In this document: one piece after another, positions 1 through 9,352 of the stretch
Position numbering within the stretch: position 1 is the first letter of the stretch
Layout: each line of letters starts with the position of its first letter
Assembly: GCA_016788065.1 (NCBI GenBank)
Contig: JAEUTI010000008.1
Location: forward strand, 62,428-126,427
Reading direction: 5' to 3'
Source of the DNA: Bacteroidia bacterium
Lineage (GTDB): Bacteria > Bacteroidota > Bacteroidia > AKYH767-A > OLB10
Length of the DNA stretch: 64,000 nt
Program-made: the position numbers and the translations under genes
Notes under the pieces: model-generated
Told to the model about the DNA's origin: nothing
What the model saw: only the letters and a program-made list of their open reading frames with translations
Databases searched by the model: none

Positions 1-1692
1 TTCAGGTCGTTGAGTTAAAGCAGCTCCAACCAGTAGTCCCCCGTTAGAACGTCCTCCAATCGCAAGCTTGGCAGGTTTGGTATATTTTTCCGAAATAAGA
101 TATTCTGCAGCACTTATAAAATCATCAAAAACATTTTGCTTTTTTAATTTAGTTCCCGCTTCATGCCATGCTTCACCATATTCACCACCACCTCTTAGAT
201 TTGGCATTGCAAACACACCGCCTTTTTCAAGAAACAACAAACGTTCTGTAATAAACTCGGGTGTTTTACTTATGTTAAATCCACCATAACCAAATAATAG
301 GGTAGGATTGTTTCCATCCTGGATCAAACCTTTTTTGTGCACAATAAACATGGGGATGGATGTGTTGTCTTTACTTTTGTAAAAAACCTGTTTGGTTTCA
401 TAACCATTGGCATCAAAATCAATCTGAGGCTGAAAATAAACAGTAGTTGCCTTGCTGTTTAAATTGTGCATGTAGGTAGTTTCAGGAAACGTAAATGAAA
501 CTACTGAATAAAAGAGCAAGCTATCTTTATCAGAACCATTAACTGAACTTAGCGTGCAGAAAGTTGGCAACTTGATTTCATACTTAAACTGACCTTCAGT
601 ATCATAAACATAGAGCCTGCTGCTGGCATCTTTCATGTAGTGTGCTACAAAATTATTTCCGGCACGAACAATACTCAACAGTACTTCTTCTTTTTCAGGA
701 ATAAGGACTGTTTGTTGTCCGGTTTCAAAATCGAATTTGACAACTTTTTTTCTGGACGCGTTTTCATTGGTAAGGATAAAAATGGAATTACCAATATTAT
801 CAATTACAGAATGAGAATACTTGAAAGTTTCTGAGAATTTGAAGGATTTATCGGTAGCCGGATTTTTAATTGTTAAACTATTACCTGATGAAGATTGAGA
901 ACCTGTGATGTAATGAAAACGTTCATCTTTACTTACCGAATAACCAAAATTACGAAGTGGGTTTTCCGGGTCGGAATAAATCAGCTTATCAGATGATTGG
1001 GGAGTACCTGCTTTGTGATAATAAACTTTATGAAACTCATTTTTGCCCTTAAAAGCTGCTTCACCGGAGGGTTCATCATAGCGGCTATAGTAGAAGCCAT
1101 CCTTTTGCCAGCTGATCCCTGAAAATTTTATCCAATTAATGGTTTCAGCCAACTCACGACCACTGGAATTTTCAATGACTTTAACTTCGGTCCAATCGGA
1201 GCCGCCTTTCGAAATTCCATATGCAGCATATTTGCCATCATTGGAAACCTGGAAGAGAGTGATGGAAGTTGTTCCATCCTTAGAAAGGAAGTTTGGATCA
1301 AGAATCATCTCCTCTTTTCCCTTAATGCCATTTCTTCTATATAAAACAGACTGATTCTGGGTGCCATTGTTTTTATAATAATAATAGTTGCCATTTTTAT
1401 ATGATGGCGATGACTGTCTGGGAAAGCTCCAGATTTTGGTGAGCCGCGCTTTGTTCTTTTCCCTTTCCGGCAGCGATGCCAGATAGTCGAAGGTTATTTT
1501 GTTTTGAGCATCTACCCAGTTTTTGGTTTCTGTTGAATGGTCATCTTCCAGCCAACGATATGGATCATTTATAGTAACTCCATGATAAACATCTGTTTGG
1601 CTTATGGTTTTAGTTTCCGGGTAGTTGAGTTTTTGCCCAACAACACATAAAGGGGTAATTATTAGTAATAGAATAAAAATGTTTCGTCTCAT
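1..1692 (-). CDS. Prolyl oligopeptidase (S9A serine peptidase), partial; the C-terminal end runs off the window start
   Basis: The reverse-strand translation begins MRRNIFILLLIITPLCVVGQKLNYPETKTISQTDVYHGVTINDPYRWLEDD at 1692. Near bases 1-60 it reads ...KLAIGGRSNGGLLVGAALTQRPE, the GxSxG catalytic-serine block of the POP family. The frame stays open to position 1. This gene is absent from the ORF track because it is open-ended. Confidence 0.8.
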   Translation of the reverse strand, partial: MRRNIFILLLIITPLCVVGQKLNYPETKTISQTDVYHGVTINDPYRWLEDDHSTETKNWVDAQNKITFDYLASLPEREKNKARLTKIWSFPRQSSPSYKNGNYYYYKNNGTQNQSVLYRRNGIKGKEEMILDPNFLSKDGTTSITLFQVSNDGKYAAYGISKGGSDWTEVKVIENSSGRELAETINWIKFSGISWQKDGFYYSRYDEPSGEAAFKGKNEFHKVYYHKAGTPQSSDKLIYSDPENPLRNFGYSVSKDERFHYITGSQSSSGNSLTIKNPATDKSFKFSETFKYSHSVIDNIGNSIFILTNENASRKKVVKFDFETGQQTVLIPEKEEVLLSIVRAGNNFVAHYMKDASSRLYVYDTEGQFKYEIKLPTFCTLSSVNGSDKDSLLFYSVVSFTFPETTYMHNLNSKATTVYFQPQIDFDANGYETKQVFYKSKDNTSIPMFIVHKKGLIQDGNNPTLLFGYGGFNISKTPEFITERLLFLEKGGVFAMPNLRGGGEYGEAWHEAGTKLKKQNVFDDFISAAEYLISEKYTKPAKLAIGGRSNGGLLVGAALTQRPE

Positions 1693-1744
1693 GTCGCGGG
1701 GATTTATTTCTTTTGCATGTTGCAAACACAAATCTCACAAAAAC

Positions 1745-3538
1745 ATGCTTAATAAACAAAACATAAAAAGGTGGTATATAAAACCGGCGTTATTGGTAAT
1801 GTTCTCAATTTTTTCATCTAATATGTTAAATTCAGCTCCAATTGTAAATGAGGATCAGCGTCTGGAAAAATTTAAACTGGTTTTTCTTGAGAATTACTGG
1901 AAAATAAGTCCGGTTGAAGCCATTTATGTCGGATACCATCGAAACGACAGTTTACTGGTTGTACCGGATCTGGAATTTGTGGACAAGCAGCTGAGGATTT
2001 TGGAAATGCTTGATGATAGTTTGGGAAAGTACAATGTTTCGAAGTTATCGGCTAATTCCAGAACCGATTTTATGATGATGCGTGATCGTATCGAATCTTT
2101 CCGATGGTATTTAACAGAATATCGCGAGTTCGAATGGAATCCGGCATATTACAATGTTGGTGGTGAGTTTGCTGAAATTTTGAATAGCAGATTTACCAAC
2201 CTGGATGAACGTTTGCGGATTATTTCAAAACGTTTTAATAACGTAGACAGATATTATGAAGCTGCAATTTCTATTATTAAAAATCCAGTCATTGAACACA
2301 CCGACTTAGCTATTTTGCAGAATGAAGGCTCGCTGGATGTTTTTGGAAAACAAATGGAGGATTCGTTAAATGCTTCAACGCTTTCACTGAATGAAAAAGA
2401 TGCATTCAGAAATGGTATGTCGAAGACCCGTGAAAGCATCATTGGTTATGTTTCCCATTTGAAAAGTTTGCGGGCAAAGTTGAATTCTGACAATTCCCGA
2501 AGTTTCAGATTAGGGAAAGAACTTTATACGCAAAAGTTTAAAATGGATATTCGTTCCCGCTACGAAGCAGAAGAAATTTACCATAAGGCATTGGAACGTA
2601 AAGAGGAATTATTAACTAATATGGCAGTTATTGCCCGTAAACTTTGGCCGAAGTATTTACCTGATGCTCCAATGCCTGACGAGGACAGGGCTATGATTAA
2701 AGCAATTGTTGAACAGGTTTCGTTAAAACATGTGCATAGAGACTCATTCATAACTGCTATTGAGAAACAAATTCCCGAATTGGCAGCTTTTGTAAACAAC
2801 CAAAATTTACTTTTTTTGGATCCTACTAAACCTCTTGTGGTAAGGAAAACGCCATCTTATATGGAAGGGAGTGGGGCAGGAGCTTCCATTTCTTCTCCGG
2901 GTCCTTACGACTTGCATGGAAATACTTATTACAATGTTTCTCCTTTAACGAATTATTCTGAGGATCAGGCTGAAAGTTATTTGAGAGAGTACAATCATTA
3001 TATGCTTCAGATTCTTAATATCCACGAAGCAATCCCTGGTCACTATGCGCAATTGGTTTATGCTAATCAGTCGCCATCACTTATAAAGAGTATTTTAGGG
3101 AATGGTGCTATGATTGAAGGTTGGGCTGTTTATTCTGAAAGAATGATGCTTGAAGAAGGTTATGGCAATAATGAACCTGAATTATGGTTGATGTATTATA
3201 AATGGCACCTGCGTTCGGTTTGCAATACCATTCTTGATTACTCTGTTCATGCTTTGGATTGGCCAGAGAAAGTTGCAGTAAAATTTCTGACAGATGAAGC
3301 ATTTCAGCAACCTGCTGAAGCATCAGGTAAATGGAGACGTGTGAAACTGACCCAGGTACAATTATGCAGCTATTTTACCGGCTATTCTGAAATTTATGAT
3401 TTCAGGGAAGAACTTAAAGTTAAACAGGGAAAAGATTTCGATTTGAAAAAGTTTCATGAGAAATTTCTTAGCTATGGATCTGCTCCTGTCCCTTATATAA
3501 GAGAATTGATGCTCGAAGATTTAAAATTACCGAAATAA
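1745..3538 (+). CDS. DUF885-family secreted protein (putative metallopeptidase-like, HExxPGH motif)
   Basis: The track ORF spans 1625..3538. I prefer the start at internal M41 (ATG about 1745), which gives the signal peptide MLNKQNIKRWYIKPALLVMFSIFSS and avoids overlap with the divergent POP gene. It carries a conserved HEAIPGHYAQ block typical of DUF885 and is about 600 aa. Confidence 0.6.
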   Translation: MLNKQNIKRWYIKPALLVMFSIFSSNMLNSAPIVNEDQRLEKFKLVFLENYWKISPVEAIYVGYHRNDSLLVVPDLEFVDKQLRILEMLDDSLGKYNVSKLSANSRTDFMMMRDRIESFRWYLTEYREFEWNPAYYNVGGEFAEILNSRFTNLDERLRIISKRFNNVDRYYEAAISIIKNPVIEHTDLAILQNEGSLDVFGKQMEDSLNASTLSLNEKDAFRNGMSKTRESIIGYVSHLKSLRAKLNSDNSRSFRLGKELYTQKFKMDIRSRYEAEEIYHKALERKEELLTNMAVIARKLWPKYLPDAPMPDEDRAMIKAIVEQVSLKHVHRDSFITAIEKQIPELAAFVNNQNLLFLDPTKPLVVRKTPSYMEGSGAGASISSPGPYDLHGNTYYNVSPLTNYSEDQAESYLREYNHYMLQILNIHEAIPGHYAQLVYANQSPSLIKSILGNGAMIEGWAVYSERMMLEEGYGNNEPELWLMYYKWHLRSVCNTILDYSVHALDWPEKVAVKFLTDEAFQQPAEASGKWRRVKLTQVQLCSYFTGYSEIYDFREELKVKQGKDFDLKKFHEKFLSYGSAPVPYIRELMLEDLKLPK

Positions 3539-3619
3539 TAACTTTTTAGTTCATTCCCTGTTATCTTGTTCCTATTACTGTTGCAATAAGGAATATTTAA
3601 CTGCTTATCCAATCGATTT

Positions 3620-4852
3620 GTGCCATTAAGAAAAATTAAAAATACTGTGGATGCTTTGCATCTGGTAATAGGTGAATATGATGGTGAATTGAGAGAATCT
3701 GTTTCAGGGTTTTCTGAAAACGATTGGGATAGCTGCATCACTGAAGAAAAAATATTTCTTACAAGAAATTATTTATCAGTTTGTGAAAGAAGTAATCTCC
3801 CCGGACTCTCCAATCGCTTTTTGTTGTTGCGAAAAAATGGTTCTCCTTGTGCTGTAGCCTACTTTCAACTCATAAACCTTTCAGATGCTGGACTTGGCGG
3901 AATACTCAATCTCGAAGAATATGGTGGATTAGCAGGAACGGTTTCCGGAAAAATTAATAAACTTTTATTTAATCCCGGTTCCGGGAATTCGAGCTTCCTG
4001 CTTGTTTGTGGAAATTTGCTGATAAGTGGAAATCATGGTATCAGCGCTATCGATGCTGATTCATTCCTCGCTGCTGTAAAGTCTATTACCCCCGTAAAAA
4101 AAGCAATAGAACAATCTCTTGCCAGAACGGAAAAGATTGTTGGTTTTATGGTTAAGGATTTTTATGAAGATGAAGATAAAATCGCTTCGCCAGTATTGAG
4201 CAAAGATTATTTTATGTTGAATACCGACCCTGAAATGATTTTTGCAGTGAATCCGGAGTGGAATAATTTCGAAGATTATCTGGCAGCTTTATCTTCCAAG
4301 TATCGTGTCAGAACTAAAGCTGCAATGGCCAGGATGGAAGGTATTGCTGTTCGTGAGTTGTCTTTTGATGATGTAAAACTTGCAATCAATGATTTGTATA
4401 CATTAAATGATAATGTTATACGTAAAGCACCTGTAAAACTGATCCGTCCTTCTGCCGATTATTTCATTCAGCTCAAACAAATGTATGGTGATCATTTTCG
4501 GGTAAAAGGTTTCTACCTCGAAAATAAAATGATTGCTTTTACTTCTGCTCTATGGAACAAGCATCATATGGAAGCGCATTGTATCGGTTTAGACTATAGC
4601 ATGAACAGCCAGTACAGCATTTATCAGAATATTTTGTACTCCTACATTGATGATGCAATTGAATGCAGATCGAAGCAGCTTTATTTCGGCCGCACAGCCC
4701 TTGAGATCAAAAGTACAACCGGCGCAAAACCTTTTCACCTTGCCTGTTATTTCAGGTTCGCGAATCGCATGCTAAATCTGCTCGCAAAACCTATGATAAG
4801 CAGCACCGGTCCCGGTGATTGGATTCCCCGGGATCCGTTTCGCAACAAGTAA
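3620..4852 (+). CDS. Acyl-CoA N-acyltransferase-like protein (FemAB / BioF2-like GNAT fold), function unknown
   Basis: A 410-aa ORF with no signal peptide. The C-terminal half (…HCIGLDYSMNSQYSIYQNILYSYIDDAIECRSKQLYFGRTALEIKSTTGAKPF…) resembles the FemAB / Acetyltransf_6 family by recollection only. The start codon is uncertain. Confidence 0.4.
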   Translation: MPLRKIKNTVDALHLVIGEYDGELRESVSGFSENDWDSCITEEKIFLTRNYLSVCERSNLPGLSNRFLLLRKNGSPCAVAYFQLINLSDAGLGGILNLEEYGGLAGTVSGKINKLLFNPGSGNSSFLLVCGNLLISGNHGISAIDADSFLAAVKSITPVKKAIEQSLARTEKIVGFMVKDFYEDEDKIASPVLSKDYFMLNTDPEMIFAVNPEWNNFEDYLAALSSKYRVRTKAAMARMEGIAVRELSFDDVKLAINDLYTLNDNVIRKAPVKLIRPSADYFIQLKQMYGDHFRVKGFYLENKMIAFTSALWNKHHMEAHCIGLDYSMNSQYSIYQNILYSYIDDAIECRSKQLYFGRTALEIKSTTGAKPFHLACYFRFANRMLNLLAKPMISSTGPGDWIPRDPFRNK

Positions 4853-5118
4853 TTGTTAGGCATTTTTTCAAGTCGAAACCAGGCTCAGTAATTTTTTGTA
4901 CTAGTTCATAAAATATTAATAATCAATTATATGTGATTTTTTTCTCCTATCTCACATAACACAGGACATGGAATTGGTCCCGGCAATCAATTTTTCTTAC
5001 CACATGATTTCAGTTATTCACCAATTAAAACTCATAGTTGGCTTAATATCCTGCATTTTTATGAAGGATTAGGATATTTTTGATTTCACCAACTTAATTA
5101 ACGATTACCACTGCCCGC

Positions 5119-6696
5119 ATGCAACAACTCAATAATTTAAAGTGCTTTCTTCTAATATTCATGATTTTCATACTCTTTGGAAATCAACATGTTTATGGAA
5201 CGCATGCTGCCGGATCAGATTTGACATATACTTGTTTGGGAGGAAATCAATACAGACTTGAGGCGACTTTTTATCGCGATTGCAATGGGATTCCTGAACC
5301 TGCTTTTATCACCTTTTACTACCGTTCTGCATCATGTGGTTTTAATTACAACGTGACAGCAACTCCAGATTCAGGCTCCGGAGTAGAAATTTCTGTGCCA
5401 TGCAGTTCTGCAGTATCTACATGCAATGGAGGAACTGAATCCGGAGTTAGAAAATTTGTCTATCATGCTACTATTAACCTTCCCGGTAATTGTGCCGATT
5501 GGGTCTTTAGTTATTCGGTATGTTGTCGTAATTGCACCATCTCAACTATACAGGACCCGTGTGGAAGTGGTTCAAATCTTTATGTTGAAGCAAGGTTGAA
5601 TAATTTGAACGCAATCTGTAACACATCACCTGTTTTTTCCAATAACCCAATTGCATTCGTATGTCTAGGCCAAAATTTCAATTTCAATCAGGGCGTTTAT
5701 GATGCTGATGGTGACTCTTTATCATACTCTTTTATCACCCCAAAAACAGGTCCCACAACTCAGGTACAATTTATTGCTCCTGCATCTGTCTCTGCGCCAC
5801 TTGCTTCTTCTACACCATTTCTGATTAACCCGGTGACCGGCGATATTAATTTTACACCTTCTCAAATACAGGTAGGAATTCTTGCCGTTTTAGTTAAGGA
5901 ATTTCGGAATGGTGTATTTATTGGAAGTGTAATCAGAGACATTCAGGTTTATACTACCTCTTGTAACAATGCTATCCCTACTGCTTCCGGCATAAACGGT
6001 ACAACAAATTATGATATTACAGTATGTCCCGGACAAACAATTTGCTTTACAGTATTCACATCAGATGCCGATTCCACTCAATCAGTTTCAGCTTTCATTA
6101 ACAATACTATTCCGGGAAGTACAATAACCAACTCTGGTGGATCCAGACCCGAAATTAATTTTTGCTGGACGCCTGATTTCGATGATGTGGATTTGTTGCC
6201 AAATAGTTTCACTATCACAGTACGCGATAATAGTTGCCCATCAAACGGTCTTCAAACATTCTCATACAATATTTTTGTACCATCACCATATTTTACCACA
6301 AACACTCAAACTGTTTCCTGTTTTGCAGGAAGTGATGGAATTGCTGTTGCAACTCCCGTCTATGGAAATCTTTATACTTATAGCTGGAACACATCACCCG
6401 TGCAGAACACAGCTACTGCAACAGGACTTACAGCCGGCACTTATGCACTGACCGTTAGTGATACTTCAGGATGCTCTTTAACTGTTCCAGTGGTGATTGA
6501 ACAACCTTTACCTTTGCAAGTCAGCGGTAGTGTAACTTCGGCTTCCTGTGGTTCATGTAATGGTGCCATTACAACAGCTGTATCTGGTGGTAATCCAGGC
6601 TATAGTTTTTTATGGAACGACGGTAACCCCACTCCTTTCAGAACGAATTTATGTGCTGGAATATATACTGTAACAGTTACCGATTTTAACGGATGA
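5119..6696 (+). CDS. SprB-repeat cell-surface adhesin, N-terminal fragment ending at an in-frame TGA
   Basis: Signal peptide MQQLNNLKCFLLIFMIFILFGNQHVYG and a Cys-rich N-terminal region. It is followed by tandem repeats of about 80 aa with the SprB-repeat signature (…C.G..DG.I…SGG..PY.Y.WS.G……L.AG.Y.VTVTD..GC…). It ends …TVTDFNG*, where the consensus has Cys. Confidence 0.75.
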   Translation: MQQLNNLKCFLLIFMIFILFGNQHVYGTHAAGSDLTYTCLGGNQYRLEATFYRDCNGIPEPAFITFYYRSASCGFNYNVTATPDSGSGVEISVPCSSAVSTCNGGTESGVRKFVYHATINLPGNCADWVFSYSVCCRNCTISTIQDPCGSGSNLYVEARLNNLNAICNTSPVFSNNPIAFVCLGQNFNFNQGVYDADGDSLSYSFITPKTGPTTQVQFIAPASVSAPLASSTPFLINPVTGDINFTPSQIQVGILAVLVKEFRNGVFIGSVIRDIQVYTTSCNNAIPTASGINGTTNYDITVCPGQTICFTVFTSDADSTQSVSAFINNTIPGSTITNSGGSRPEINFCWTPDFDDVDLLPNSFTITVRDNSCPSNGLQTFSYNIFVPSPYFTTNTQTVSCFAGSDGIAVATPVYGNLYTYSWNTSPVQNTATATGLTAGTYALTVSDTSGCSLTVPVVIEQPLPLQVSGSVTSASCGSCNGAITTAVSGGNPGYSFLWNDGNPTPFRTNLCAGIYTVTVTDFNG

Positions 6697-6927
6697 GTTC
6701 AAAATTCTTCATTCATTGTAAACCAGCAAACCTCGTTCGTCGCAACAGTTATTGAAACTCCGGTTTCTTGCACTGGTGGGAATGATGGTGTTGCAGATAT
6801 TTCTATCACAGGTGGCACAGGACCATTTGAGTTTCTTTGGTCAGATGGCCAAACAACAGAAGATGCCATTGCACTTGCGCCGGGAAATTATACTGTTACT
6901 ATCACCGATGCCGGAAGTTGCAGTGCC

Positions 6928-8589
6928 ATGATTCAGGTTCAAATTACAGAACCTGATCCGGTTTTTATTTCAGCTACTATTGCGAACGTAACCTGTTATG
7001 GTTCTAGTGACGGACTTGTTGATGTTTCAGTTTCAGGTGGAACCGGACCCTACGATTATTCCTGGTCTGATGGTAGTGTATCGGAAGATATTTCAATGCT
7101 TGCTACCGGAAATTATGTGCTTACAGTCTCCGATTTATTCGGTTGCATAGCACAGGAACAATTTCTGATTGCTCAACCTGATCCGATTATTGTTTCTTTT
7201 ACATCTACTGATGCAACATGTTTCGGAAGCACAGATGGTATGATAAATGTTTCTGCAAACGGTGGTATTGCACCATATAGTTACCTCTGGCAAAATGGCT
7301 CAACAGATACAACGTTGCAGCATCTTGCATCAGGAACGTATATGCTTACCGTTACCGATAATCATTCATGTTCGATTTTAACAGCCTTTGCAATTTCTCA
7401 ACCCGCTGAAATAGCTGTTCAGTTTCAGCAGACTTTTAACCCATGTATCGCCGGAACGGGTTCTGTCACAACGGTAATTTCAGGAGGTATTGATCCTTTA
7501 ATTTATAGCTGGTCTGATGGAAGTTCTGCTTCATCGGCAACTGGATTAAACCCCGGTGTGTATACGTTAACAATTACGGATGCTTTGGGTTGTATGGTTT
7601 CAGACACTATCAGCGTTGGAGGCATTACCAATCCTATGGCACTTGCATTTAATTCTGTTTCTGCCAGCTGCAGTGATTCTGATGACGGAAGTGCTGATCT
7701 AACAATTTCCGGCGGACAGGAACCCTATTCATATTTGTGGTCGAATGGAAATACCGCCGAAGATTTATTTTTAGTTATAGGTGGAAATTATGATGTTACA
7801 GTAACAGATGCCAATGGATGCACTGTTTCCGGAAATGTACTTATCGAAGCTCCTGCACCAATGGCAGTTTCATTTAATGTTATTCCTGTTGGATGTGGTG
7901 TAACTAAAGGATCGATAACAGCAATTGCTGCCGGTGGTACACCGGGCTACTCCTATACATGGAATATTGGTGAAACCACATCTTTTATTGATGACCTGGA
8001 TCCCGGAATTTTTACAGTAACCATATCAGATATCAATGGTTGTAGTGTTACAGATTCAGTTGAATTAGTTGCCTATCCTGAACTAATTGCCACTGTTGAA
8101 ACCGGAGATGCTTCGTATTCGGGTGCTGCAGATGGGTCTATTGATCTTTCTGTGAACGGTGGTGCTATACCTTACTTGTATGAGTGGTCTGATGGCTCTG
8201 TTACAGAAGATTTAATTGGCGTGACGGCAGGTATCTATACCGTAACTATCACAGACTTCTCCGGCTGTCAGTTAACTCTTACAGCAGAAGTATTGAATAC
8301 ATCTCTTACATCTGTAAATAATGAGGAAACCAATCAACCTCAAATTTTGATTTCGCAACTGGGAGGAAATACTTTCCTTGAGGTAACTGCATCCGGTAAT
8401 GAAAATTACAACCTTGAATTGTATGATAATTCCGGTCGGCTTATCAGTGGATTTTTAACAGGATACATGCAAATAGGGGAGAGCCGGAAAATTGAAATCC
8501 CTGCAAAAAATATTGCTTCCGGTTTGTATATAATTGTGCTTCGTGGAAATGATACAGTAAAAAGCATGAAGATGATGCTTCGCAACTAA
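6928..8589 (+). CDS. SprB-repeat adhesin, C-terminal fragment with a type-A T9SS C-terminal sorting domain
   Basis: Same frame as 5119..6696. SprB-repeat homology (FVATVIETPVSCTGGNDGVADISITGGTGPFEFLWSDGQTTEDA…) already starts at about 6697, directly after the TGA, with the first ATG at 6928. Eight or more further SprB repeats follow. The last ~80 aa (…NTFLEVTASGNENYNLELYDNSGRLISGF…IASGLYIIVLRGNDTVKSMKMMLRN) match the type-A T9SS CTD pattern. Confidence 0.7.
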   Translation: MIQVQITEPDPVFISATIANVTCYGSSDGLVDVSVSGGTGPYDYSWSDGSVSEDISMLATGNYVLTVSDLFGCIAQEQFLIAQPDPIIVSFTSTDATCFGSTDGMINVSANGGIAPYSYLWQNGSTDTTLQHLASGTYMLTVTDNHSCSILTAFAISQPAEIAVQFQQTFNPCIAGTGSVTTVISGGIDPLIYSWSDGSSASSATGLNPGVYTLTITDALGCMVSDTISVGGITNPMALAFNSVSASCSDSDDGSADLTISGGQEPYSYLWSNGNTAEDLFLVIGGNYDVTVTDANGCTVSGNVLIEAPAPMAVSFNVIPVGCGVTKGSITAIAAGGTPGYSYTWNIGETTSFIDDLDPGIFTVTISDINGCSVTDSVELVAYPELIATVETGDASYSGAADGSIDLSVNGGAIPYLYEWSDGSVTEDLIGVTAGIYTVTITDFSGCQLTLTAEVLNTSLTSVNNEETNQPQILISQLGGNTFLEVTASGNENYNLELYDNSGRLISGFLTGYMQIGESRKIEIPAKNIASGLYIIVLRGNDTVKSMKMMLRN

Positions 8590-8614
8590 TATTTGTTTTG
8601 ATTACTTTTTGCCG

Positions 8615-8650
8615 ATCCCTGCCAGTTGAGTGGCAGGGATTTTTGTTTTA
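8615..8650 (+). terminator. Rho-independent terminator after the adhesin gene
   Basis: ATCCCTGCCA-gttgag-TGGCAGGGAT is a perfect 10-bp stem, followed by TTTTGTTTT. Confidence 0.55.
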
Positions 8651-8758
8651 ACGCAATTATTGACCAGAACATTAAAACTTCGGGTTGCCCTTATATACCT
8701 CTATTTGGAATTAATTTAAAAAGGTAGTCTGAATATTAAACTGTCAATTTACCTAAAT

Positions 8759-9352
8759 TTGCATCAAATGTGGTCAATTGTAAAATATTGCATCCCGGCG
8801 GTCCTGTTTGCCGGTTTGTTTGTTGGGTGTGGAAATAACCTCAGCGAGCAATTGAGTATCCTGGAAATGCCAGCACTCTCAGGAACTACTGTTTCTTTAA
8901 AAAAAGAAATGGGTTCCACCGCTACAGTTTATCTTTTCTTATCACCCGATTGCCCAATGTGCATCAGTTCTTCCGGAGACATACGTGAACTGGCGGAATC
9001 TTTCACCTCGCAAGGAATCTCGTTCTTAACAGTTTATCCGGGTACTTTTTATTCAGTTTCCGAAATAGATTCTTTCCATACCCATTATAATATCGGTTTA
9101 CCTGCTATTCTTGATACTGCATTTGTGCTTACGAAATTGTTGGATGCAACAGTAACGCCGGAAGTTGTTGTACTTAGTCCTGAATACGAAACATTATACT
9201 CAGGTGCTATCAATGAAAGAGCCGCGAGTCTGGGGAGAAAACGTCAGTTGGTTGGGGAGCATTATTTGAAAAAAGTTCTCGAAGCTGTTCTTTCGAAGAA
9301 AGCAATTCCGTTCAAGCGTGTTAATCCTGTTGGATGTTTTATTGAATCATGA
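8759..9352 (+). CDS. TlpA/ResA-like thiol-disulfide oxidoreductase lipoprotein (thioredoxin fold, CPMC active site)
   Basis: Lipoprotein signal …AVLFAGLFVGCGNN. It has the CxxC motif CPMC in a redoxin-like context (TVYLFLSPDCPMCISS). Its stop overlaps the next start (ATGATG), which is translational coupling. Confidence 0.7.
   Translation: MHQMWSIVKYCIPAVLFAGLFVGCGNNLSEQLSILEMPALSGTTVSLKKEMGSTATVYLFLSPDCPMCISSSGDIRELAESFTSQGISFLTVYPGTFYSVSEIDSFHTHYNIGLPAILDTAFVLTKLLDATVTPEVVVLSPEYETLYSGAINERAASLGRKRQLVGEHYLKKVLEAVLSKKAIPFKRVNPVGCFIES

Noticed and set aside
1625-1744. Longer N-terminus of the DUF885 protein starting at 1625
   Set aside because: It would overlap the divergent prolyl oligopeptidase start (1692). 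The internal Met at about 1745 gives a proper signal peptide.
6137-6451. 104-aa plus-strand ORF in an alternative frame inside the adhesin gene
   Set aside because: It lies wholly within, and out of frame with, the SprB-repeat coding sequence. It is a frame artefact.
6694-6696. TGA at a Cys position of the SprB-repeat adhesin, read as selenocysteine
   Set aside because: I see no convincing SECIS-type hairpin within about 40 nt downstream, and Sec usage is rare in this lineage. A nonsense mutation or sequencing error is more parsimonious.
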